This document shows positions 1-11,959 of a DNA stretch of 64,000 nucleotides, one piece after another. Within the stretch, counting starts at the first letter, position 1; every line of letters begins with the position of its first letter. Source of the stretch: Eutreptiella sp. 'Long Island Sound 2002' (taxonomy: Eukaryota; Protista; Euglenida); the NCBI GenBank assembly GCA_964036045.1, contig OZ038378.1, forward strand, positions 23,064,001 through 23,128,000, given 5' to 3'. Both the position numbers and the translations under genes were made by a program. Below the pieces are notes generated by a model. The model did not search any database. It was not told the DNA's origin and worked only from the letters and a program-made list of their open reading frames with translations.

Positions 1-511
1 AGAGAGGACTTGGAGATACCCGTGAGTGCGGACATCCGCCTTCCCCTCGTATCATAGGGGTGAATGGGTCCACAAAATAGTGTGCCGTCCTCCCCTTGAA
101 CCTGTTCCGACGACATTCGGGTCACTTGTTCTGGCGGTGTTCCACTATGTAACAGGGGAAAACGCTAGAATGTTGCAAGAACATCGGCGGAACAACTTAT
201 CGGAATGTCGCCGGAACACATTTTTTTGTTGTCCTCTCTTTCGGTTGGGGACGTGCAGATTAATCGCGGCGACCCAAGGCGGTGTGCCTCATCATGCGGT
301 GGCCTAGTTGTGACCCGCGGCCAATGCATTTGACTGCATTGCTGCAGCTGTTGCACCCGCGGCCAATTGTATCACTCAAGGTGTTGACGGCCATGGGTCA
401 TCGGCTAGCAGCAAATTGAGGGCTGGGGCGGCATCGATGACCCTTCCCCTGTGCCCACGCACCGGCAACAGCTGCCAGCGGAAGGACCCCCCACTCTAGC
501 CCCCCCCCCCC

Positions 512-1150
512 TTGGTCCCCAAACCAAACCCCGACCCAAAGCCCACAGCCCTTGCCAAACACCCCCAAATGAAGAGGAAGCAGCTTCGTGGGGAGTGCTC
601 TACACTACTAGCTACAGAGCCCTCCTCTGAGTCCTCAACGGACTCCTCCTCCACGGATTCCTCCCTTTCCTCGATTTCTTCCTCTTGTTTGCTGACCCCC
701 CCCCCACACACACACGGTGCAAGACCTCCCCCGAGCCCCCAAAAGGGAGGAAAGCCCCCCGTGCCCCAACCCCCCAAGAAGGCCTCCAAGGCCACCGCCA
801 AGGCACCACTTGTTTTGCCCCATCCCTCTCCCCAAACCCGAAGAGCCGACATGCCTACCAACACCCCACAGCCCAAGCCCAAGCCCAAGCCCAAGCCATG
901 GGCAAGGGGGGGAGGGGGGTGCAAGTCCAAGACGGGGGAAATGTGTATGCCGTTTTTTGCCACAAGGGAGAGTGGGGGATTGAGAACGGCAAGGAGGCCT
1001 TTGCCCAGGGTGCCCCCCCTTAAGGGGAGACATGGTTGTGTTTTCCAGGGGACGAGGAACTTTTTACGTGCCGAAGCTCGTGCGTGGCAGACTCGAAGGC
1101 AGACCAAGAAAATTCCTCGAGAAGGAGAAGGAGGAGAAGGAGGCGAGTGA
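512..1150 (+). pseudogene. Frameshifted low-complexity ORF (S/D tract, PK repeats) with a short beta-rich Tudor-like segment; probably TE-derived
   Basis: Joining frames gives SESSTDSSS...PKPKPKP...GNVYAVFCHKGEWG...ETWLCFPGDEELF. The pattern weakly resembles the 58.3/59.5 kb domain. Confidence 0.25.
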
Positions 1151-3168
1151 AGAGAAGGAGGGGGATGCGGAGCACGGACACGGACAACAAGGATAGGGAC
1201 GGGGATGGGAGCGGGGATGGGGGGGACCATGGGGATGGGCAAGGGGCAGGTAATGGTGCTCCCGAGGTTAGTGCTCACCGGGATGATGGTATGGGGGTAG
1301 GGTCGATGGGGTGGAGGGTGAAGGGGTGGTGGCTGGTAAGGGGGCAAGGGAGGGTAGTGGGGCCTGTGGGGAAAGCTCTGTGGCGCCCTACAGACCCCCT
1401 TACAACCCAAGACAACTCGGCGAGGGACGCGCAAAGAGACTAACCCCATGTGCCCTTGCCAGAACCTTGACCAACAATGTATGTGCCACTCACCCTTTAT
1501 CCACCCTTTACTCTTTGTGTGCTTTTTCTGGTGGTTTTCCGGTAACTGGTTCCGGCGGTGTCCCGGTGGTGTTCTAGCAAAAAATGTTTTTGAAACCAAC
1601 TTTTTCACGTGCGACAATGTGGGAAACGAAGGTACCAGTGGGCCGCCCCTCAGCAAGCAAACAACATATTTTCCTATCATGTATGGCTAGAGTTGGTTGG
1701 GGAGGAAATGGACTTCGAACTTTTTCATTCCGGCCACTTTCATTCGAACACCGGAACAATTTGGCCGGAACAACCTTTGTGTTCAAGTGCGTGCCAAGGG
1801 CATGTATGTGGGGCACAATATAGAGGTGGCAATGCCAGGGCTTAGGCCACATGGACCCACCCTCCCCTTCCCAAACCCGGGTCATACCTTTTCCCACTGT
1901 GACGTGCAATCTGCGGTGCATCCCACATTAGCCACCACTATGGGGAGTTTCCTCCATGCCATGTTGCAAAAGAGTTGGTGCTCATGTTCCACTGTGCACA
2001 AAAGCCACACTTGTTTTGCATGGTGGCCCATGTGTGTGTGTGGATGTGCATGCACACCCAAGCACACTACGGCCTCAAGGAGTGTCAAAGGGGTGGAACA
2101 TGTGCTAGATATCTTGGGTTTGGTTGTTTTGAGGTCGCCGTTGGAAGCCTCATGGCACGGGGGGAGGGGGGGGGGGGAAGCCAATTGCAGCAGCCAATAT
2201 GGCCGGTCCCTGGCACTTAACACCCCAATTGCCAAAGACCCCCCCTCACCCCAGTCATGCGCGATGCAAAGCTTGAAATCTGGGTGACAGCGCTAGGCAC
2301 CAGCCCTCATGGACTGCTGCAACAAGCAACCCCCCCCCCCCCCCAACCCTCCCTTAGCCCCGCTCTGCCCCACCTACATTGCATCCCACTATGACACCGC
2401 TGCTAAGAACCAATGAGAGAACCAGGGCACGACCAACAACCCCCACACTCTCCCCCCTCCCCACCATGAGGCCACCATAAGATGGGATGCAACTTCAACC
2501 TCCAAGAGCTAGTGGCACCCCTGATTCTATCCATCACCTATGATGTCAGTTGGCTTTGGCTTTTGGGTCCTTCTCTCGTGCCTTTGCTTACAGGGGTACT
2601 GGCCTTTGTAGTGGGGGGGCTTGTGGGAGCCTAGTTCCATGGCAAATTTCAAATTGCCAAAAAAAAATAGCGGGGAGACTAGAAGCACTAAAACGGCTAT
2701 ATCGTGGAGAGCAGCGATTTGGTGCCCCTTGGGCCCCCTCCCTAAGGTGGCAAGATGACCAATTCAAAATTCATTTGACAAATAGACAAACAACGAACTC
2801 ACCGACTAATAGTTGATACCACCAAGACCAGGTGGACTTTCCCCTTGACTAAGGTGCCTTTATTTGCAGCACAAGATTGGGGCGGGGCTAGGTGGAGCTT
2901 TGTGGTTTACCCCTAACCTTCTGCTACACTAAGAGCTCGGTGGTTTTGTGGATTACCTTTGTATAACCACTTCTCCTGGCTTGTCATTCTACTCCTCTCA
3001 CCGGTCGCACCCGTTGTCATGTCAAAGTTGACTTACTCCGCATGGTATAGGTGTGTGTTGTGGCTTGGGGAGGCAAAACGGGCAGGATTTATGTACTTGG
3101 ACCATTGGTCACCCACCTCGGGTTGGTTGACAGGAAGACGGCCCTGAGACCCCCATACATCGAATTTT

Positions 3169-3169
<1 letters not shown>

Positions 3170-3213
<44 letters not shown>

Positions 3214-3222
3214 TGCATGTGT
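3170..3222. repeat. (GT)n microsatellite
   Basis: Direct reading; a second (GT)n run lies at about 3434-3457. Confidence 0.95.
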
Positions 3223-4834
3223 GCGTATGTACAAAATCATCATTTTGTGGAGTGAGTGACCATGACGGTCAAACAAGCGGGCACTCCCGGGGCGGGAGGT
3301 CCACCGTGTGTATGTGTGCGTATTTCGTGCGTGTGCCTGTGCGTGCATGTGCGTGTGTTGTCCAGATTCAACGAAATCCATAGCATTCGCAAAGATACAT
3401 CACCTCTCCATAGGTCCGTTTGCACTGTAGTTGTGTGTGTGTGTGTGTGTGTGTGTGATGCCAAGCATTTTCATCAAGCTCATAGTGTTCGCCGTCATAG
3501 CAACCACTCTACACCTCTGTCCGCACTGCAGCGGTGTTTGGTTTTCTGCTTGTTGCGGCCCTTCCCCCCTCTCAACATGACACGAAGATGATGTAAAGTG
3601 CATGTGTGTGCCCTACCACACCTTGCAACCCCACATCATGCATCCCTTCCCTACGCAAAGGCCCCCATGGGTGAGCTTGCTGACCAACATGATGCCCTTG
3701 CTTTACTGTAACAAAAGCCGTCTCCTCACCCACCCCCTCAATGAGCGCTGTGCACTCCTTGTGGGCCTGGTCCGCCATGGCAGTTTTGGAGGACTGCTGG
3801 GTGCCGACCAGTAGTTCCCACAGCCTCCAGCCTAGCTCTAGAAACACCTGTGACAGACTTTTTTTTTCAAGGCGGGCCCTGTGAGCATCCTAAAATTGGA
3901 CCCTAGGAAGATGGGGTGCGTGTTTTATCCCAGAATATTGCAAGGACACAGGCGTTAGTATCCCAACCCCCGAATACTATGGGAATTCTAGAATGAGTGA
4001 TTGCAAGCCCAAGTATAGTGGCGATACTAGGGCACCCGTTGTTATCAGACTATTCAATCCCAAATATAGTGAGGATTCCCTTCACACGGGCGGCATCATG
4101 ACACTACCCTCATGCGGTGGCGAAAGAGCCGCTTGCAATGCGGGGCACTCTAGCTGTGGTGGAGACAGAGTCGGCGGCTGTATCAGCAGGACCCCTACCT
4201 TTAGGTCATCCACTGGCTCATCATATTGTCGTGGCGTTTGGGTGCGGTTCAGTACTTTCCACTTGATAGGTGCTTCCCTGTCGCTTACCAACTGGCAGAT
4301 CTATGAGAGAGTCTCCACCCTCAACAAAACCTTGCCATCACAGCACTTCTAACCACAATGTTCTGCTTCCCCATGCTAATGGAGGGATCTGTATGCCCTT
4401 GAATTGAGCAGCAATGACACTGAGAGTCAGGTCTCCTCTGGGAAAGCACACATGCACATAGCAAAAAGCAAAAATCCTCATGGGACCCTGGGGGGCGTTT
4501 TCGCACAGCGCGGGCACAGCGTGGGCACAGCGCACGCACAGCGCCAAATATTATATTGTTTATCCCAGGAGCACCCCTGAAAACCACCCACCTACAGGAG
4601 CGTGCATGATCCATTCAAAACGGCATTGGGGGTGCACAATTCTGGACCCTGGGACCCGTGGCAAGCACCAGACTAAAACAAAAAATCCCTGGTGTACCAG
4701 CAGAGGCTGTAGGGTGCAGAATTGAGGACCCTGGGACCCGTGGCTACCGGTGGTAAAAAACAGCCGACTTTTCGCACAGCGCGGGCACAGCGCACGGTGC
4801 GCCCCCCTCGCCAAATGCCATGCATAACCCTCCA

Positions 4835-5115
4835 AGCCGAAAGGCGGCAAACAAATGTTCCACCCGTGCTCTAGAATACCCATGAATATCATGATTTCTC
4901 GGGTCAATGTCTTGCGGCCTATGAAGGGTACGTGGGAATGCAATCTTCCCTGATATGGCACCATCATGTATACCCACCTCAAACCCCATCAAGCATCCTT
5001 TGGTGCGTTGTGGCCTGTACTTGCCCCATATCTTAACATCGGACTCATACCGGGTAACACCGGGCATACCCACACAATGTCAACCAAATTATCAGTTGCC
5101 ACGGTGACCTCCCAC
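4835..5115 (-). mobile_element. Decayed DDE_Tnp_4 (Harbinger/IS5-like) transposase fragment
   Basis: Across frameshifts it reads EVTVATDNLVDIVWVCPVLPG..DVKIW..FEVGIHDGAYQGRLHSHVPFIGRK..HGYSRARVEHLFA, colinear with the 38.6-39.2 kb copy. Confidence 0.7.
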
Positions 5116-5581
5116 AAAATAGTCTACTTTTCGCACAGCGCACGCACAACGCACAGTGCACCCCCTAACACCAGAGATGGAATTTGGCACAAGAATTAGG
5201 TTGTGGGAACATTCCACCTCCAATGTGGCTTCATTACCCCCCCCCAGCCCAGCAACACATGCACTGCCACCCACGCCTGGATGAGCACCTATTGCGCTTG
5301 CCCCGATCCCTAAGACCCCTTCGAGCCGGTTGCTTCTTGCTGGGACATTTTGGAGGTGTCAGCGAAACCAACCCTCTTCTTGTCCCGTGAGCCTAGAGAT
5401 GCATTCTCTCACTGGCAAAATGTCCCCTAGACACGCACAAGTGCAGTCCACTGCAGAGCTCGCCCTGAATTTCGAGCTGACAACACAGTGGTCGCTTCCA
5501 GCCAGCCCAGAGCACTCACGACGCATGATGGTGCTCCCACTGCAGGAGAGGGCAGCCGTCCTGCGACAAGCTGTCAGGGCG

Positions 5582-8500
5582 CTACAGCCCCACATGCTGG
5601 CGGGGGAGCTTCTGCCAGCCAGGGAGACACCGCTATGCAAATCCCTCATACCGGGCAGGGAAGGGCGTGCGGCAGTAGTTGGAAGTGGGATGCACAGACT
5701 CCAATGTGATATCTGGCATGAACCAGGTACAGGGACGGTGAGAAATGTGAAGAGACATGACTTCCTTGACCCCTAAGCAGCAGGACGCAGGGTTGGTACC
5801 AGACAGAGGGAGTCACTGTGGGCAGAGTATGAAATATGGGGCTGTGATCCAATTCCGAAGAGTGTCTGGCCTGTGACATGCCATGCAGCGTACTAAGGAG
5901 TCAAAGGTGCCCAGAAGCCAGGCATTGAAGTGGGCTGAAATGTGGTCCCAGACAGGCACAATGCACAAGGATACTACATGCTGTTTGGAAGCACCGAATA
6001 CAAGGACCACCTGTCGAGCACCGATGGCCACCTCCTCTAGCACCAGCCCCAGCGACAAATCATGAAAATACTGCCGAGCTCGGTTGTTGGCAAATTCCTC
6101 AGGGTCCGTGATCTGCAGCAGCGTCTCCGTGATGTGCCGTACTGCGGCCTCATCGCGGAGCTGCGAAACAGAAATGAGCACCCGAATCACGACGGATGGC
6201 TTCAGGAGGACACCGTAGCGGGCGAGAGAGAGGAGGGTATCACACAGCGTGGTCATGCCTTCGATGTCTTTGTTTTTTGCGAGCTCCAGCAGAGGTGCAA
6301 CCACGCGAGGCCCCAGAGTGGGTCCGTTGGTTTCGTCGATGGCGATTTTCAGCCCGGCCCAGTCCTGGGCCGCAATAAGCCTTTTTACGGAGCGCTTTTG
6401 TATGGCAGCTTTGTTCTTGCCAGAGGTGAGGTAGCGCGTAAAAGATGCGTCCTGCAAAAACGGGGGTAGATGGTTGTTGCAAAGGGTTGTACTGCAAAGG
6501 ACTGCAGAGGACTGTGGAGTGTTTTGGAGGATTTCTTCTGCAACGACATGTGGGCTGAGTTGTCCTCCATAAATGGTGCAAATGCAATGGCCAGGGCTTT
6601 CAACCGGGCCCAAGGCTACAGAACCCCTGCCATCTGCAGGTCCCCAAAGTGCGGAGGCAAACAATGGCTGCACAACCCATCCTGGCTCGGGGTAGTGGGC
6701 AGGTGAACGATGGCTGCACAACCCATGGGATTTCCGGGTCCGCAAAGCGGGAACGTGAACAATGGCAGCATAACCGCTGCTGTTCGGGGACCCCAAAGTG
6801 GGGAGGCAAACAATGGCCACACAACCGATGCTGTCTTGGGGTCACACAACTGGGCAGGTGAAAGACAGGTGCATAACCGTCGCCGTCTTGGGGTGCTGAG
6901 TGAACAGTGGCTACTAGAGCAGGGCTGCCACTTGCGAGTGAGGCCTTCTGCAGCACTATGAGCAATTTATGTCTCGTTGTAATGCGAGCATGTTTTCCCC
7001 TTTGCATTTGCTTTGGATGTTGCACACTCTGATTGTGTTTTTCCCACCTAGGTGGCCCATGAAGGTGGGGTTTGGGACAAAGCCCTGAGATGTTGCTGCT
7101 CTCCTGGCAGTTGGCAGCGTCAATTAACTTCTCACCATTCACAAATATCCACCAAGCCGCTGTGTTGGCCCACCATTTCTGTGATGGACCAAAACACTAT
7201 TACAAATGCTGGTTTTTTTGTTTGTTTTTGTGCTGTTTCTTCATTTTGGATGTACATGGGTGCCTGTCCCCTGTGTCAACCCTGACCCCCCCCCCCCCAC
7301 ACCTCATGGCAAAGTGTTTGCACTCCGCACTGAAATATCTATCGTTAATGTGTGTGTCCACTGTGCAATACTACTGCATCCATTACCTTACTCTTCCAAT
7401 GAGATTTCAGCAAGACATAAAGCCAATCACTTCATCTTGGATGCGCATTTTACCCCACAGGGAAGTGGCATTGTTTAGGCTGGAATAGAGTTGGTATCTG
7501 GTGCCATATCCTAATCACCGGCGCGTCGGACAAAGACGTCCAGACATCCAAATCTCCCTGGACCGCTTAACCGGTATACCCAGAAACATATCTCTCGGGG
7601 ACACGGGAAACACGCCAACTCGGAGCGTTTTTGTTTTTTTCACAGTCGTTGTCGTTGTTGCCTTGTTTGTGGGTACTGAGTGTCCGGTAGGGGGGGGATG
7701 TGTGGGGTATGTTCGGAAAGCCCTCAAAAAGGGCTATTTGGAACACCCTGGGTTTGCATGCTGTAATTACGGCATGTTTGAGATTTTTGGCCGTTTAGGA
7801 CAGTGCGTGACCTTTTTTGCTGCCCTCTTTTGTCAACAGTTTCATGCCATGTCCGCATACATACATCACAGGGACCAGAAACAGAATCCTGTTCTGATCC
7901 GACCACAAGATGAAGTGGTTGGATTTTGGCTGCACCCCTGAGGGACCAAATTCTGACCTGCACCCGCATGCAGGATTTGTTTGAAGGCACGCTACCAGGA
8001 GACCATGCCGTGACGCAAGGTCAGGTTGACCAATCAACGGAATGTGGACCTCACAACTGATGGATTGTGGGGAATGCCTTTGAACACAGGCTAGGTGCCA
8101 GTGAAAAGCTGTAGGCTGAAGGACTGGCAAGATCTGAAAAAATATGTCCCCATGAATAAACATGGTGATGTCTGCCCAAATGGGGTCCCTGTCCTTGCAA
8201 ACAACGACGACGACTCTGAATAACTGTTGCAGAAAGGTGTCGTGCATGTCGCGTGACATTGGACCTATTGCTCTCCAATTTCATATGGGTGGGACCACCG
8301 GGGGTGCTGTGAAATGCTCATTTCGAAGCCCCTTTCAGGCAGATTTCAAAAAGTATACACATCCCCCACCCTAGAAGATGACATTTTTCCGCAATTCACC
8401 GAAACATTCAAAAAAGAGGAAAAAGGGCCAACTTGGTCCGTGTTGGCGCATAACGACTGTCCCTCAGAGATATTCAACAGTATTGCTGCAGATTTTGTGA

Positions 8501-10031
8501 ATTATCCTGAGGTAAAGGACGGTAGGGAAAAACAGCCCACGAATATAATTACAATTCCCTTTTGAGGGTTGTTTGTCGATTGTTGGGGTACTGCAGTACC
8601 CTGTAAAACAAGGATTACCTTTGAGGAATTGGCCAGCCTGTTTATGGATCGAACATTTCTTCACTGGAGACTGCCAAACGGCAATTTTCTTTGCGCACAA
8701 TCTCTTCTGCCCTCACAATGAGGCAACACGTGACTCTCACTGGCCTTTTCTGGTTGCTGAGCGGCGGCCTTTGCGAGCTGATGAAGCAGTGTAGGAAGGT
8801 CGCTTTGGTGTGAATTGATGGTCACAAAGACGGCCCCCAAGCTCAGGAGGTTTGTGTTCTGGACAGTGAAACTAGAGTTCTGGAGATTTCAGTGCCGTTG
8901 ACAGCCTATTCAAGGCATGTGACAAGGACTGGGCCAAAAATGAAGTCACTGATGATTTTCCCCTGTGCAACGGACACCCAGGTCAACACTGATAACAGTG
9001 CGTGGTCATGCTTGCTTCGCTTGCTTTAAATTCGCTGAATTCAACAACTCCAACCCTGTCCAAAACCCAAAATGAGATTGGTTGCACCAGGCGTCCCTTC
9101 AACCTTATCGTCCGCCCACATGAGACTGACCAAAGTTCAAGAGATGATCAGTACGTGCACATAACCCGAGTACTGCTTCCCACAAGATCAGGGGCTCCTG
9201 CCCAGCTTCGCCGTGCCCACTCCTCAGGCCAGCAGAACCACAAGCAACTTTGGCCCACTGACTTACAATCCGAGCAAAGGGTAGAACCTTCTTAATGAGC
9301 CGGTTCAAAGTGTTGACATCCATGGGCGTCAGCGCATTGCGGCTGTGCAGGTCAGCCGCAATCTCGTGGAGGCGCCGCGCTGGGTGCGGCTCCAGTTGCG
9401 TGTATGCGAAAAAGATGTCGCTCCACACCCTCGCAATTTGGCAGTCCTCGCGCAGTGCCCGCTGGTCGACCTCCATTATGTCCTCTACAGATGTGCCAGG
9501 GCGATGCAACGCTTTGGACAGGTGGAGCCATTGCGCCCTGCCACTGTTTCCGCTGCTGCCGCGCTTCTTTCGCGATTTTTTCCGTGATGTGATGGCGGCC
9601 AGAGCCCACGATGTGGGAGCCAATGGGCATGCAACACCATCTAGTGGCACAAGGGGTGGCCATAAAACACAGTTACGGGCTCTGCGGGTGAAGCGCAGGC
9701 CCAGCCACGCCAGTGTGTAGGTGAGGCCAACCACACACGCGGGTGCCAACACATCCCATGTCACCCATGGTGCAGCTGGCCCACCCGGCGGCTGCCTGGA
9801 ATGTAAAACACAAGGCCCTCTCAGGCACGAGCCCCGTTGACTCCTGGAGGCCGGCGCATGTGGGAGGAGGGCAAGGGTGGTGTCCTGCGCGGCATGAGAC
9901 TGCAGGATAGCTTGTGATACGGATCCAGGCCTTCGCTCCAGGACGGCCGGGATGACGCGGGCTGGAGAGGGCCTCGCATGGGTGGTGGCAGAGCGAGTGG
10001 AGTCGATGAATGGGAGGAGCTGCTGTGCCAT
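5582..10031 (-). CDS. Uncharacterised alpha-helical protein, probably plastid-targeted. Exons about 10031-9288, 6451-6011 and a tentative last exon 5611-5582; the true 5' exon may lie further upstream.
   Basis: Phase-0 GT-AG junctions: AAG|GT at 9288, CAG|GAC at 6451, CAG|GT at 6011. The long open frames have coding-like content. A TM helix VLAPACVVGLTYTLAWLGL is followed by FTRRAR and then SWALAAITSRKK. Confidence 0.55.
6620..6900. repeat. Degenerate copy of the dispersed approx. 105-bp 'GDKIRSG-type' repeat family
   Basis: Recurrent ccccaaagt(g)gggaggcaaacaatggc.gcacaacc motifs, similar to 38.2-38.5 kb and 40.7-40.9 kb. Confidence 0.4.
7054..7170 (+). repeat. Dispersed repeat shared with about 23705-23810
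   Basis: tgggacaaa.ccct.agatgttgctgctct.ctggcag..gcgtcaat..acttctc.cca.tcac occurs at both loci. Confidence 0.75.
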
Positions 10032-11428
10032 TGGTACCAGGGGCACCTCGATCCCTGTGCATGAGCGAGAGCATTAAATGGCATAAACTTAGGGGGGAGT
10101 CAGAGTGTTCACGGCAAAAGTAGCTGCGGGAACATCGTTTGCATCACTGAGTGGCTTGACCACAGCGTTTCTGACCGGGCAACAAATGCTAGTAAAAGTC
10201 TCCTTGGCACCACCGTGACCACAGCACCAATGATCAAGACTAGGGCTGAGACCCACACAACCACATTCAAGGGGGAAACTCATGGCTTAGCGCCCCCAAC
10301 CCCCTCCCTTGGTTCTATGACCATACCCCCCGCCACCCGCAGTAAAACATAAAGTGCAGTACGGGCACACAGCACAGCGAGAGATGCAAGAAGCAAATTG
10401 CCGCGAACAGAACGGAGCATGTATAAATGTCATGTATGAATGGCATGTCTAAAGCAAAACGAGCAAGGGCTCGACAGCATCAACATAATCTGCAGGACGC
10501 AAGCTTCGGTGCACCATCTTTTATTTTAACGAATTTGCCAAAAAATGTGGAGCCCGGCGAACACAATGAAAAAGCAACTTTCTTGAATGACCATTGCCGA
10601 AGAAAGTAGGCCCCGCGAAAGCGGGCGTGCACGCCATTCCCGGGGTGAGTGGGAGATGTCAAAGGGCTAAGCTTGATTACGTGCAACCAAGGCACATCAA
10701 GCACAAAAAACCAAGAGGCAAGCGAGTGCGCTAGGGTTTACCCAAAGATAACTAACTGCATTTGTTAATCAGACTAAAGGCCCACTGAGCACACAAGTGA
10801 AGAAAAGCTGCTCACCAATGCATGGGTGCAACAATGGTAGCTCTGTCTTCGGTGCTCATTGTGTCTCCATCTCTCTCCCGCCTTCACCTTTCGCTTTCCT
10901 TCTCGAATGGCCGCTACATTCATAAACAATCAAAGCTCACACCATTCGGGCTTGTTGGGGACCAATGACCGCCAAGCTGCGCTATGCATGCAAGCAAAGT
11001 ACAGCAACATAGAAAACAACATCATGACAAGAGAAGTAATTTACGAAAGACGTCATATGGATAGAGGAAGAACACACGTGGGTGGAAAGAATACACTTGT
11101 GCCACTTTTTTTGTAGCATTTGATCATCTCAACATGAATTCCCTTCAAATTTGACGCAAATTAAAATGCAAACCAAGTTTCCCCAATTTGTGTCCAAAAG
11201 AATGGAGAACATGCTTGATGCTAGATTGCCCTCACCACCACCAATGGATGACTTCATGGAATGCATGAAAGAAACCACCAAGAACAAGGCAAAGATCCAT
11301 TGACAAGGCCAAGGCAATTTCTATTGGGACTTACTCATCAAAGTTCTAAAAAGTTGTGGGGACCACGCTTTCCTCCTCGGACTGTTCCTCGCAAGAACAT
11401 TTACCACAAGTGTTCTCAGTTTTTGTTG

Positions 11429-11560
11429 TGCAGCCATTGTGTGGTGGCGAGCGCATTCAATGCAATGCTTGCAGTGCCCCTTTTCATGAGAAATGCTTCT
11501 ATAGTTCTAGTGTGAAGCCGAAGGAAGGGGTGGTAGGGCAGTCACTAAGGTTGCAAGGCC
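11429..11560 (+). pseudogene. Frameshifted PHD finger remnant
   Basis: CSHC /frameshift/ GGERIQCNACSAPFHEKC fits C-x2-C...C-x2-C-x4-H-x2-C. The upstream 11.1-11.4 kb also reads as decayed coding sequence. Confidence 0.55.
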
Positions 11561-11959
11561 GGATCCTAGTGCACTGCAAATTCATAACGCGACATCACCG
11601 TTTCGTTAGGACCTCTTGTTTTCTTTGCCTTGAAGAGCACGTCAAGGTACGAAGATCCTCCGTCACTGTTTTGAAATTCATCGCTAGTAGCTAGTAGCCA
11701 AAGGAATATGTTCCGGAAATTTCAATTTTTCGAAAACCTATTGAATTTTGCACTTTTGAGCATGCGGCTAATGTTCAGAACCTAGTAGTGTCGAAAATAA
11801 CCGGTTTCTGTCGATTAAGTTTACAAAAACAACCGGTTTTTCCGATTATTGGTTTTCTTGATTATTTGCCACCAAAATTCTCAAATCACTCGCACCTAAG
11901 GGCATATAAGCCGGAGTAGCAGGGTAAACATGAGTCGAGATGATACCTTCTCCTTGTTG

